A stretch of DNA of 64,000 bases from Caldisericia bacterium (GCA_963674785.1 OY771555.1:576001-640000), one strand, 5' to 3'; positions 49,531 to 59,620 are shown, counted from the first letter of the stretch. Numbers and translations: made by a program. The notes: generated by a model not told the origin, from the sequence alone.

Positions 49531-52197
49531 ATGAAAAAAACTTTTAGAGTTGCACTTTGTTTGTTGCTGGTAGTTGGGTTTATGTTTACAAACACCATTA
49601 ATGCAGAAGAAATGATCGAAACCCCAAGGTTTGTGTGCATAGTATACTCAGATCAAAACACAGTTCTATTATCATGGGAAAAGGTTCCTTTCGCGGAAGA
49701 CTATGTGATCTACAAGGATGGAGAAGAGTACAGCAGAACACACATAACAAACAGCGATTACTTTTCAGAAGTGGACATAGACATAGAAAAGGATACGCCC
49801 ATATTCTGTGTCGAGGCATATGATGTAGATGGAGAAAAGATTGCTGAGAGTATCGAAGCAAAAATAAATCCAGCACAGCTTTTAGAGCCCGGCGATCCGT
49901 TAAATATGAAATTCCAACTAGGAAACAAAACATACTGGATAAATGGTGGAGAAAAAGGAGAGATGGACACAGCACCGATTATCAAAAACGGAAGGTCTTT
50001 CCTTGTTATCAGGCACATAACGGAAGAGATCGGTGCATCAATATCATGGAATGGTGATGAAAAGATGGTCACCATAACAACAAAAGATAACAAAACTATC
50101 AGGCTTTGGATTGGAAAACCAACGGCTCATGTGGATGGTTACGAGGTTCAAATCGATGAAGACGATGAGATTGTTCCATTCATCTCAGAAGGAAGAACAC
50201 TTCTCCCTCTAAGATTTGTATCAGATAATCTTGGTGCAGACGAAGTACTTTGGAATGCTGACACGAAAGAGATTGAACTTGTTTGGGAAAACTTTTACAA
50301 AAAGTATCTAAGTGAGGTTTTAAAAACTGAAGAGGAAGACGGTAACGTAATACTTTCAAACGGGCATTTTTGGTTGATATTTGTAGGAAAAGACTCGGAG
50401 CTTGAGGGTGGGAAATACTATAGAATCGACCTTAAGTTTATTGATCAATCGACGACAAGATTCGAGTCACAGGGAGCAGAGGAAATCCTGATAGATGAAA
50501 ACAAAAAAATCATGGGTACGGTGATTTCCAACAAAGATAGAAAAATAGAGATCCGAAGTAAAAGTGGTGAAAAGATACCCTTAACATATGCAGAGTTTGA
50601 CTGTACCGCATATGGTATCTTAGAAAATTCAGTAATATCGGCCTTTTATGACGAAAATAAACAAATCACATATTGGCAGTACATCAGAAACGAAGCCCTC
50701 GAATCAGATCCAGCAACTGAAATAAAAGTGATGTTTTCAGGGGATATTGAATCCGATAGAGGATTCATAAAGATTCAACCAGAGCAGACCATTGAGGGTG
50801 AAAAGGAAGAGAAGATTCTCTTCATGGGAGATAATGAATTATCGGACTTCGAGAATGGCAAATTATACAAAATCACATATCAAACAAATTGGTTGGGAAG
50901 AGACATCGTATTAAAAACAGAAGAACTCGAACTAAAAAGGGAACTTAAACTATATAAATCAGATACGAGCAATCTTGAATTCAGAGAAGAACCGAATGCA
51001 GTTTTCGATTTTTCAGTTAAAAATGAATCAGATATAGACTTGGAAGTTGAATACTTTTGCAACGTGCCAGTCGAATTCAAAGGGTCAGTAAAACTCACAG
51101 CACAAAGCGAACTGCTCAAAAAGAACCAAGCAAAAAAAATCAAAGTAGTAATATACCCTGAAAACACTCCACCAGGTGAATACACTTTGATATATGGTGG
51201 AAAATCAGATGAATTGATCGTTTCGGAGGAAATCAAAATCAGCATTCTAAAAGATGAAACTGACTACGAGATAACATTCCCAGAGAAAATTATAGTTCCA
51301 TCGAATTTTTCAAGATTTGAGGTTATGTGCAAAGCAAAAAACAATTCAAAAGAAGACGTAACATTTAGATGTATCAGCGACATTGACCCAAACATAACAA
51401 TTAGCTATCTGAAAAGAAATCTTACAATTGGCGGAAAAAAGGAAGTAGATTTCCCAATAACAGTCGAACTAGGTGAACATTTTAGAAAAAGGACAGGTGA
51501 GCAAAAGACCATCTCTGTAGGATGCGAAGATAGTTTCGCGAAAAAAGTATTTGTGGGAAAGGTTCTGTTTGATGCCCCAATATTTCCGCAAACAAAAGTT
51601 AAAGTTACTAGCGAAGAAGAAGACTGGATAATCGACGCTGATATCAACTGGAATGGGCTACAACCAGGAGTAATTAATCTAAAAAGAGTAAGTCCTCTGC
51701 TAAGAGGGATAAGTGACGAAAAAGCCGAAAACCATTATGATGTTGAGCTCCCACTTAAAATCGAAAAGAATGATAATGCCGGGATAGAAACACTTGTTCT
51801 AGAAATAAATTCACATGATAACCAGGTCTCAAGCCAAGCATTCGAAACTGTATATAAAAGCAGTTCAATCAGGAAAATTACAGAGGTTTTATCCGATCCC
51901 GATATTTCAATCGATGACAGAGAAGTAATTATTGACTTCGATACTCTTGAAAAGGAATTGAAAAACTTTGAACAACTAGACATGTATATGGATGTTTTTT
52001 GGGGAGACAATACAACATCAACTGAAAGTATCCCATACTCAAATCGATATAAAAACTTGGAATTCAAACATAAATATGATGAACCACTTTCAAAAAGAGC
52101 AAACGAAAACTTTTACGTTTATGTTAGTTTGTATGCAGGAAGCGAAAACAACAAGTCGATTTTCGACGTAAAGAGGATTGACATCGCATTGGACTAA
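49531..52197 (+). CDS. Secreted FN3 + stalk + Ig/PKD-like surface protein, paralog 3
   Basis: Same architecture; TNWLGRDIV motif. Confidence 0.75.
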   Translation: MKKTFRVALCLLLVVGFMFTNTINAEEMIETPRFVCIVYSDQNTVLLSWEKVPFAEDYVIYKDGEEYSRTHITNSDYFSEVDIDIEKDTPIFCVEAYDVDGEKIAESIEAKINPAQLLEPGDPLNMKFQLGNKTYWINGGEKGEMDTAPIIKNGRSFLVIRHITEEIGASISWNGDEKMVTITTKDNKTIRLWIGKPTAHVDGYEVQIDEDDEIVPFISEGRTLLPLRFVSDNLGADEVLWNADTKEIELVWENFYKKYLSEVLKTEEEDGNVILSNGHFWLIFVGKDSELEGGKYYRIDLKFIDQSTTRFESQGAEEILIDENKKIMGTVISNKDRKIEIRSKSGEKIPLTYAEFDCTAYGILENSVISAFYDENKQITYWQYIRNEALESDPATEIKVMFSGDIESDRGFIKIQPEQTIEGEKEEKILFMGDNELSDFENGKLYKITYQTNWLGRDIVLKTEELELKRELKLYKSDTSNLEFREEPNAVFDFSVKNESDIDLEVEYFCNVPVEFKGSVKLTAQSELLKKNQAKKIKVVIYPENTPPGEYTLIYGGKSDELIVSEEIKISILKDETDYEITFPEKIIVPSNFSRFEVMCKAKNNSKEDVTFRCISDIDPNITISYLKRNLTIGGKKEVDFPITVELGEHFRKRTGEQKTISVGCEDSFAKKVFVGKVLFDAPIFPQTKVKVTSEEEDWIIDADINWNGLQPGVINLKRVSPLLRGISDEKAENHYDVELPLKIEKNDNAGIETLVLEINSHDNQVSSQAFETVYKSSSIRKITEVLSDPDISIDDREVIIDFDTLEKELKNFEQLDMYMDVFWGDNTTSTESIPYSNRYKNLEFKHKYDEPLSKRANENFYVYVSLYAGSENNKSIFDVKRIDIALD

Positions 52198-52198
52198 G

Positions 52199-52228
52199 AA
52201 AAAAAGGGGTAGCTTTATGCTACCCCTC
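52199..52228. terminator. Intrinsic terminator between convergent genes
   Basis: AGGGGTAGC-TTTAT-GCTACCCCT with an A-tract. Confidence 0.75.
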
Positions 52229-52249
52229 TCATAATTTTATTCAATAATA

Positions 52250-54793
52250 TCAATCGATACCAATTCCAAGCATTTTAACAACGTCATCGATACAGGCAAC
52301 ATCGAAAACATCAGGAATTGGGATATGGTGACCCGGATGACCAGCACGTTTCAAAAGCATATCAAGGTAATCCCATTTGTTATCGTGTGGGATAAATACG
52401 GCTTTAACACCCTTTTCATTTGTAGCTTCAATCTTTTCCTTAATCCCACCGACAGCCAAAACACGACCCATGGAGGAGATTTCACCGGTCATTGTGATTT
52501 CGCGTGGTAGCGGTTTGCCAGTGTACGCAGAAATCATGGCAAGTGCGATTGGAAGACCTGCAGATGGGCCATCGTACTTTGGATGCCATCCGGGGACATC
52601 AACATGCATGACTCTGTCATCTCGAGGCATAAGCCCTTTTTTGGTCAAATACCTGAGGAAGAATTTATAAGCAACTTTGATACTATTAACAAAGGAATCC
52701 CCGAGGTTTCCAGTGATTTCATAACCACCTTTTCCCGGAAGATACGATACCTCAATTTTCCCAATAGAACCAATTGAAAAATATCTTTTAGGAACACCTG
52801 CGGAATCACCATCAGGACGGAGAATTTGTGGAGCATAAACGGATAAAACCTTAACTTCACCAGGATAGTCGCATGTGCTAGTTCTGTCGAAATTCAGTTC
52901 TTTTTTTGGAAGCCCCTCAAGGAGCTTTTGAGATTTTTCTTTTTCTCCCGCTTCCTCATAGAGGTTTGCAAGATATTCGTTTGCCATTGGAACTTTTTTT
53001 GAAATATCTTTCAGTTTCTCGGCATACTTAATCGCTGATTCAAGATATTCGGGTGAGGAGAAAAGAAGATTGCTATAAAGTTGGTGGTATGACCTTGAAA
53101 TCCAGAAATTGGAAAGGTCTCTGTATACACCCTCAGTTTTTGTAGATTTCATAAAAGACCTGATAGCAAGGAGATACTCCTTCTTCATGTAATAAACATG
53201 GCTTAGATAGTAGTTTGATTCAATATTTCTTGGGTCTTTCTCAACAGCAATTGCCAGAAGTTCACTTGCCTCATCAAGGGCAAAATCAGAACCAATAATC
53301 TTTGCTTCCTTAAGGTATATCTTTGCAAGCTTGACAATTACTCTCAAATCATAAGGGAGAATTGCTTTTGCACTTGCCAAATATTGTTCACCTTCAGCAA
53401 TCCAGCCAAATTTGATGGCAATTTCTGATGCCTGAATGAGAGCTTCAACAGTATAGTTTGTGTTTACAATACGATCATTGATTATGCTTCTAAAGTGGGA
53501 GTATGCCTGAATATTGTCACCCTCTTCCACAAAAGCAAGACCAAGATTCAACTTTGCAAGGTGATTACCAGGATCAAGTTTCAGTGCTTTCTCGTAATAA
53601 GATTTTGCATCAGGATGACCATATTTTCCAAGAAGGAAACCCATCTTCAGGTGAGCATCAGCACTGTTTGGAGATGAAGCGAGGTAACGCTTCATGCAGG
53701 CAACAGAGGCTGATACAAGCTTTGTATATAGTGTTTCCTTCCGAGCTTCAAACTCTTCTTTCTCGACTGGTTTTAAACCGATCCCAGTTTTACACCTCTG
53801 TGCAAGGTCTGAGGCAACATTTGATAAATAGGTTGAAAACTCTGGGGACATCGATACTTGAGGATTATTCCATGAATCATAGATGTATCGAGCCAAACCA
53901 TAATCATCAAAATCTAAGCACAGTGCGGAAAGAATATCAATGACTGCAGCATCAAGTGGATGGGCTTTCGCACGCATCTTGTTGAAAAGATCATCGCTTG
54001 GAAAAAAGATTGTGAATCGAATAAAAAACGACAAAAGAGTATTCATAATCTCAAAGGAACGTTCTTTTTTAAGTGATTCCTCAAGAATATCTCTCAAAGT
54101 ATCTGGTTTTGGATAGAAGAAATTGCAATACAAAGAAAGAATGTTGAATGCAAACTCATTGTCAGGATATTCTTGGATTGATTTATAGATATTATCCAAG
54201 GCCTTGTCACAAGAACGATTTTTTAGGTCATCTGACTGGATATCAAAATAAGCAGCAGCGAGGTACTTGTCTTTATCATCAACATCTGCAAGCTTTTCAT
54301 GAAGCGGCAGGATATCATCAATCTGATTCTGATGTTTGAAATAATCAGCTCTCATCATAAGAGTTTGTGAAGTAACTCCATATTTGTCTTCATACCTTGC
54401 TATCTCTGGGAGTGCTTGGTCAGCCATTTCCTTTTCTCTGAACATGAGAAGTTTGATTCGCAAGTCAGTATCATCAGAAGGTGAAAGTTCAAGTATCTTC
54501 TTTGATGTGTCGTCTTTCATCTGAGTATACTTAACAAGGATCGAGGCGTCTTGTTTATCAAAATACTCAGCACTAAGCTGCAAAATCATCTTTGAGTATC
54601 TGTTGCAATTAAAGAGGATTTTCAGGCTTTTCGGAAACTTTGTAATAACATCCATACCAACAGCCAAAAACTTCTCATACTGATTCTGAAAACCGGCTAA
54701 AAAAGCGATTAGTTCGAGAGCAGACTGCTCATCCTGTTTAATATTATATCGTTCCTCGAGAGTCCCAAATCTTATAAGATTCATTTTATCCAT
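52250..54793 (-). CDS. TPR-repeat protein fused to a Lon (S16) protease domain
   Basis: TPR patterns (YYEKALKLDP..AKLNLG). C-terminal HVDVP...DGPSAG (Ser) and MTGEI...G.V..VGGIKEK (Lys). No Walker A motif seen. Confidence 0.85.
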   Translation of the reverse strand: MDKMNLIRFGTLEERYNIKQDEQSALELIAFLAGFQNQYEKFLAVGMDVITKFPKSLKILFNCNRYSKMILQLSAEYFDKQDASILVKYTQMKDDTSKKILELSPSDDTDLRIKLLMFREKEMADQALPEIARYEDKYGVTSQTLMMRADYFKHQNQIDDILPLHEKLADVDDKDKYLAAAYFDIQSDDLKNRSCDKALDNIYKSIQEYPDNEFAFNILSLYCNFFYPKPDTLRDILEESLKKERSFEIMNTLLSFFIRFTIFFPSDDLFNKMRAKAHPLDAAVIDILSALCLDFDDYGLARYIYDSWNNPQVSMSPEFSTYLSNVASDLAQRCKTGIGLKPVEKEEFEARKETLYTKLVSASVACMKRYLASSPNSADAHLKMGFLLGKYGHPDAKSYYEKALKLDPGNHLAKLNLGLAFVEEGDNIQAYSHFRSIINDRIVNTNYTVEALIQASEIAIKFGWIAEGEQYLASAKAILPYDLRVIVKLAKIYLKEAKIIGSDFALDEASELLAIAVEKDPRNIESNYYLSHVYYMKKEYLLAIRSFMKSTKTEGVYRDLSNFWISRSYHQLYSNLLFSSPEYLESAIKYAEKLKDISKKVPMANEYLANLYEEAGEKEKSQKLLEGLPKKELNFDRTSTCDYPGEVKVLSVYAPQILRPDGDSAGVPKRYFSIGSIGKIEVSYLPGKGGYEITGNLGDSFVNSIKVAYKFFLRYLTKKGLMPRDDRVMHVDVPGWHPKYDGPSAGLPIALAMISAYTGKPLPREITMTGEISSMGRVLAVGGIKEKIEATNEKGVKAVFIPHDNKWDYLDMLLKRAGHPGHHIPIPDVFDVACIDDVVKMLGIGID

Positions 54794-54879
54794 GGATTAA
54801 TGATATGAACTAAAGGATTAAGATACAAGCGAGAAAAAGCGACGCTAGTCAAGATGGATCGAATTTGAATTGTTATTGT

Positions 54880-55440
54880 CTACTTTGAAACATCCTTAAA
54901 TCTGAGGGTATTAAGCATCAAAAGAAGATCATCATTGTAGAATTCACCAGCAACATCTTCACTTGATGTCTCAGTTGTTATGATAAAAAGATCATCACCA
55001 ACAATGCAGTCATGGACTGTGACGATATAGGATGTTTCACCCCAGGACTCAGGAGATGCCGAGAATCGGGTTCTTGAAAAACTTTTTTTACCAATCTTTA
55101 GAGGCTCAAGCTCATCTCTGGAACTAAAAAGCGGCATCATGTTGTCGAGCATCTGGGCAACGGTGATCTCTTCGTCATTTACGATGAATGTTTCAGAATC
55201 AGGGTAGATTCGAAATCTTATTTTATCAAAGGTCTGTTTCACAACCTTTTTTTCATAAAACACTTCAAATGAGCCATCATCATATTTACTGTTTCGGGTT
55301 AGGTACCAGAACCTTGGAACAGACATCTCAAAGGCGTCATGAGTAAAAACCTTCTCGTTTGGATTAGCATCACCTGAACCACAGGAGACAAAAGAGAACA
55401 ACATAAGAGCAATTAACGAAGCAGAACATATTTTTTTCAT
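54880..55440 (-). CDS. Lipoprotein, PsbP-like
   Basis: Lipobox FVSC; paralogous to the neighbouring gene. Confidence 0.6.
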   Translation of the reverse strand: MKKICSASLIALMLFSFVSCGSGDANPNEKVFTHDAFEMSVPRFWYLTRNSKYDDGSFEVFYEKKVVKQTFDKIRFRIYPDSETFIVNDEEITVAQMLDNMMPLFSSRDELEPLKIGKKSFSRTRFSASPESWGETSYIVTVHDCIVGDDLFIITTETSSEDVAGEFYNDDLLLMLNTLRFKDVSK

Positions 55441-55452
55441 AATTTCATCCAC

Positions 55453-56211
55453 CTATTCACCATCTAAATCAGAATCATCAGATTTTTCAACATCTTTAAA
55501 GACCATTGAATTTATCATATTCCAGCCATCCTCTGAGTAATAGTCATGTACGAGATTTTCTTCATGAGTGCCTGTTGCAATAAGAAAAGAATCATCATCA
55601 ACAACCGCAAAATGAATCACAGACATGGCAAGCTCTTCCTCATTGACATCACGAAGTTCAAGTGTCTTAAACCTTGAAAATTTGTGTCCATCAAGTTCAA
55701 TTGGAGAGATAATCTCAACATCATCAAAGATTTCCTGAAACTTCGCAAGGATTTTTTCGTCTGTGAAGGGTCCTGGCATATCCCAAATAGTCTCTGCATC
55801 GGGGAAGATATTTGTGTAAACCATGTCCATATAAACACCATCTACAAACTTGTCTGCCTGGATGAAATAAAAATCTTCCTTTTTTTCAGTCATGTCCGCG
55901 ATCACCCAGCGGTTCGGGTAGAGCATCTCAAGACCTTCACCCACAAAATAAGTTTTTCCGTCAACCTCTTTTGTTGTGCTCACAATTTCAAGAGTGTCAT
56001 CATCTTTCTTGTCGGATTCTTTTTTGAATTTCTCAGCAATTTCGGCGGAATCTAAATCTGAATGCATAGCAATATCATCTTCTTTTTCAATATCTTCTGA
56101 AACATTTACCGAATCGGAAACTTCAAAATCTGATTCTTGTTGAGTGTTTCCACAGGCGGAAACACCAACAACAAGTGTCAGAGTGAGTAATAGTATCGAA
56201 AATCTCTTCAT
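55453..56211 (-). CDS. Lipoprotein, PsbP-like
   Basis: Lipobox VSAC; shares I(Y/F)PD.ET and FSR motifs with 54880-55440. Confidence 0.6.
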   Translation of the reverse strand: MKRFSILLLTLTLVVGVSACGNTQQESDFEVSDSVNVSEDIEKEDDIAMHSDLDSAEIAEKFKKESDKKDDDTLEIVSTTKEVDGKTYFVGEGLEMLYPNRWVIADMTEKKEDFYFIQADKFVDGVYMDMVYTNIFPDAETIWDMPGPFTDEKILAKFQEIFDDVEIISPIELDGHKFSRFKTLELRDVNEEELAMSVIHFAVVDDDSFLIATGTHEENLVHDYYSEDGWNMINSMVFKDVEKSDDSDLDGE

Positions 56212-56720
56212 AACCGTTTATCTCTCCTATAAATGCTCTTTACAACAGAGCCATCAATAACCTCAGTTGAAATATGATTCAGATTCATCATTTTATCAAG
56301 ACTTCCAAAAAGTGGAATCCCGGATCCAAGCAGAACTGGAATTCGATGAATAATCATCTCATCAATGAGGTCATGGGCTAGAAACGATCGGATCGTTTTG
56401 CCTCCATCGATACGAATATTATTGATACCCTCCCACTCAAGTTCCCTTATGATGCCAACCAGGTCTCCGCCTACAATTTCCATCTTTCCATAGAGACGTT
56501 CTGGAACGGGGGAGAGAGAATTTGAAAGAACAAAAACTGGAATTTTGTATGGCCAGTTTATCTCTTGCACCAGAACCTCAAAGGTGTTTCTTCCCATAAT
56601 GATAGCATCTATTCGAGATTCACTTTGTGGAAAAGGAAGTCCTATCCAATCCGTTGAGTAATCAGGGGTTGCAATATATCCATCTAGGCTTTGAAATACT
56701 GAACAAAAAAATATGCACAC
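56208..56720 (-). CDS. Dihydrofolate reductase / RibD C-terminal family protein
   Basis: SLDGYIA, MGRNTFE, IDGG..I..FL..DLIDE and PVLLG.GIPLF motifs. Confidence 0.85.
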   Translation of the reverse strand: MCIFFCSVFQSLDGYIATPDYSTDWIGLPFPQSESRIDAIIMGRNTFEVLVQEINWPYKIPVFVLSNSLSPVPERLYGKMEIVGGDLVGIIRELEWEGINNIRIDGGKTIRSFLAHDLIDEMIIHRIPVLLGSGIPLFGSLDKMMNLNHISTEVIDGSVVKSIYRRDKRL

Positions 56721-56989
56721 GTTGATTTTGGTGGAAAACTATGGAGAAATCAAGTTTTGCTAAAAAAACAAAATTGGATAACAGAATCAAGGGTGTAGCA
56801 AAATAAGCATTCGGTTACGTCTACGGAAGAATAATGGGTCGCATAATCCGAACTTTACAAAAGTTTACAAGTTCATATGTATCAACTAATAGTTAATGAG
56901 ATAAACAACCAAGAAGAGGAGTGATTTTCCAAAAGCTTGAAACACAAAACAATAAAACATCAGATATATTTCAAATCAAAAGGATAAGG

Positions 56990-57180
56990 AAACAAGGAAA
57001 GAATTATAGTTAAATTACTATATTAGAGAAAACTGAAAAAATGTGGATAACTGTGAAACAACCAGTGAAACAGGGTTATTCAACATGGTTACAATATTGG
57101 ATAATAAAGAATCCTTTTATAGATGGTGTTTTGTATACATGTCACTTATCCACACTGTTACTAACAGTGTGGATATGGTA
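56990..57180. other. DnaA-box cluster, candidate oriC
   Basis: TGTGGATAA 57042-57050, TTATCCACA 57146-57154, TGTGGATAT 57168-57176 and degenerate ATTGGATAA 57096-57104, next to an AT-rich tract in a ~480-bp non-coding gap. Confidence 0.6.
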
Positions 57181-57197
57181 TGAATGCTAAAAACCCG

Positions 57198-58772
57198 CTA
57201 CAGTAGAGGGGCGAGAAAATCCAATTTGCCATCATGTATCATATTTTCAATATTTCTTATATGTGGAGAAATCGGTTCATCGGTATAAAGGAAAGGAACA
57301 ACGTCCCTGACTGCAAAAAATGCCTTTTTTGTAAGCTCTGATAGACCTTCATTTTCGTTTATTTTGTCTTCCATCGCTCTGAATGTTATCGCTTGACAGG
57401 CAGTCAAAATTTCTATTGCTACAACCGAAAGATAATTTTCTGCAATCTCAAGAAGTTTGAAAGCAGAAACAGGTGCCATCGATACATGGTCTTCCTGCCC
57501 TTCGCATGTTGGAATAGTATCTACAGACCCCGGAAAACACATCGATTTTGCGTGTGATACAAGGTTTGCTGCCGTATATTGTGCAATCATGAGACCTGAT
57601 GAAACCCCAGGATCACTTGTCAAAAATGAAGGAAGCCCAGAAAACCTGTTTGTGATAAGTCTAAAAACCCTTCTTTCAGAAATTGATGCGAGGTCAACTG
57701 CGGCAACTGAGGCAATATCTGAGGCATGGGCAATTGGTGCGCCATGAAAGTTTCCACCAGAAATCGAATCGAGAGTGTCATCACTTCCTTCAAAAAGAAG
57801 TGGGTTATCGGTAGCACTGTTCATCTCAGTTGAAAGTATCTGGTCACTCAGTTTCAAAATATCATAAGCAGAACCTGCAACCTGCGGGAAACACCTGAAA
57901 GAATAGGCATCCTGAACACGAGTCTTTTCCGTATCGAGAAATTTGCTACCTGAGATTACTTTTCTGATAACATCAGAAATCAAAGTCTGTCCCGGATGAG
58001 GACGAACGTCATGTACTCTGGAATCATAGGCTGATGTATTGCCATTGATAGCTTGAAGTGAAAGACCAAAAGCCAGGAGGGATACGGAAAATGCTTTTTT
58101 GATGACATCAAGAGCGTGCCCAGAAACAGAGTTTGAGACCTGGCAACCATTATTTAAAGCCAGGCCTTCTTTAGCCTGAAGTTTTACAGGTTTGAGTCCC
58201 TTGAATTTCAAGGCTTCAAAGGACTTCATCTCAGTCCATGTTCCATCAGAAACCTTTACATCAACCATCGGCTGATACTCTGAGTCTCCATCTTCAATCA
58301 TGGCTAGTGCCATAGCGGAAAGAAGGGCAAGGTCTCCAGATGCACCAACGGAACCATATTTTGGAATCTGAGGATATATGTCATTATTTAGCATATCACG
58401 GATAAGATTTGCGATGTCTATCCTTACCCCAGAATGACCAAGAGAAAGGGTATTGAGCCTCAGAATCATTGCACCCCTGACAAACTCAATTGGCAGCAGT
58501 TCACCGGTTCCTGCAGTGTGACTTCTAATGAGGTTTTTCTGAAGCTGTTCAAGTTTGTCGGCATCAATTTTGATTTCAGAAAGAGAACCGAAACCGGTGT
58601 TGATACCGTAGATCACCCGGTCTCTTTTAAGGGTGTTCTCAAGACCCTCACGGCATTTTTTTATGCGACCTATTGCATCCACCGAAAGCTCGATTTCTAT
58701 GTCAAAATTTGAGGAAAGATGTGAAAGAATCGAAGTATTTAAATCATGTCCTGTTAATGTGACTTTGTTCAT
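57198..58772 (-). CDS. hutH: Histidine ammonia-lyase
   Basis: YGINTGFG, NLIRSH, MIO-forming GSVGASGDL, QDAYSFRC.PQV, SGGNFHG and QEDHVSM motifs. Confidence 0.9.
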   Translation of the reverse strand: MNKVTLTGHDLNTSILSHLSSNFDIEIELSVDAIGRIKKCREGLENTLKRDRVIYGINTGFGSLSEIKIDADKLEQLQKNLIRSHTAGTGELLPIEFVRGAMILRLNTLSLGHSGVRIDIANLIRDMLNNDIYPQIPKYGSVGASGDLALLSAMALAMIEDGDSEYQPMVDVKVSDGTWTEMKSFEALKFKGLKPVKLQAKEGLALNNGCQVSNSVSGHALDVIKKAFSVSLLAFGLSLQAINGNTSAYDSRVHDVRPHPGQTLISDVIRKVISGSKFLDTEKTRVQDAYSFRCFPQVAGSAYDILKLSDQILSTEMNSATDNPLLFEGSDDTLDSISGGNFHGAPIAHASDIASVAAVDLASISERRVFRLITNRFSGLPSFLTSDPGVSSGLMIAQYTAANLVSHAKSMCFPGSVDTIPTCEGQEDHVSMAPVSAFKLLEIAENYLSVVAIEILTACQAITFRAMEDKINENEGLSELTKKAFFAVRDVVPFLYTDEPISPHIRNIENMIHDGKLDFLAPLL

Positions 58773-58786
58773 ATATTATTCCTTTT

Positions 58787-59437
58787 TTATACCCATGTTT
58801 TTGGTTTATGTATTTTTGTTCCGTCTGGCAAAATAATAGTATTGGGAAACTGAGAGTTAGCAATATCTGTATTTTTCATGGTTATACACTTATTCCCAAC
58901 TTCATTCATAAGCACTTTGTTCCTTTTGTCAGGAAAAATTAGAAACACATCCTTATTCGGATTTTTAAAAACATGCTTCACTTTTCTTATTGCAGGAGCT
59001 AAATCAGTGTCTCCACCAAGAAGATACGCTCTTTTATAATTATTTTTGTATGCATCAACAAGCATCTCACACGCTATATTCACATCGGTCAGTTTTTCTT
59101 TGGGTATTGAAAACTTATGATCACAGTATGGGGCGATATTTTTCGGTTTTTTGCATTCCCTGATTTCATTAAAGAAATAACCATAAATCACACTTATCCC
59201 CGTTGACTCAAGAGCTGCGACATAAGTCCTATGACGAAGCTCTTTAGAAGCGTTTACGGTTGGGATGCTTGTAAAATATTTTACACCAACAAGTTGTTCA
59301 TCCGGTCGCAATATCTTTACCAGGTAGTTCTTAATATCGAACCAAATATACTTTCTTTCACACCCTAATTTCTTGAATTTCCGCCTAAGACTAAAATAAA
59401 GATTGAACCCGTCAACATAACACAAAACGTTCTTCAC
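58787..59437 (-). CDS. NYN (PIN-like, LabA/DUF88) domain ribonuclease
   Basis: YVDGFNLY, EK.TDVNIA and GDTDL.P acidic motifs are intact. Likely GTG start at 59437 (RBS AGGTGG). Confidence 0.88.
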   Translation of the reverse strand: MKNVLCYVDGFNLYFSLRRKFKKLGCERKYIWFDIKNYLVKILRPDEQLVGVKYFTSIPTVNASKELRHRTYVAALESTGISVIYGYFFNEIRECKKPKNIAPYCDHKFSIPKEKLTDVNIACEMLVDAYKNNYKRAYLLGGDTDLAPAIRKVKHVFKNPNKDVFLIFPDKRNKVLMNEVGNKCITMKNTDIANSQFPNTIILPDGTKIHKPKTWV

Positions 59438-59459
59438 AAAAACCACCTACAATTATCGC

Positions 59460-59509
59460 TTGACTAACATCTAATCCCTCAGTATACTATTATTAGCCTT
59501 ATTGGTCAA
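59460..59509. promoter_or_regulatory. Overlapping divergent sigma70 promoters sharing a palindromic -10
   Basis: Plus strand TTGACT(59460)-17-TATACT; minus strand TTGACC(59509)-17-TATACT. Both use AGTATACT at 59481-59488. Confidence 0.75.
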
Positions 59510-59546
59510 TTGGCCAACTCGCCCTCGCTCGGGGGCATTTTTGTTT
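59495..59546 (+). ncRNA. Candidate ~50-nt small RNA divergent from the NYN gene
   Basis: Promoter, then hairpin TTGGTC-AATT-GGCCAA, then terminator hairpin GCCCTC-GCTC-GGGGGC-ATTTTTGTTT. No ORF. Confidence 0.55.
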
Positions 59547-59588
59547 CAGGCAAAATCTTCCAAGGATCTAAAAAACCCCGCAAAATAA

Positions 59589-59620
59589 CAACCGGCGACC
59601 TACTCAGGGTCGCCGGTTGC
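59589..59620 (-). terminator. Hairpin terminator after the carboxyltransferase gene
   Basis: CAACCGGCGACC-TACTCAG-GGTCGCCGGTTG. Confidence 0.7.

Noticed and set aside
44152-52197. Diversity-generating retroelement acting on the paralogs
   Set aside because: No reverse transcriptase and no template/variable repeat pair with adenine-specific differences was seen.
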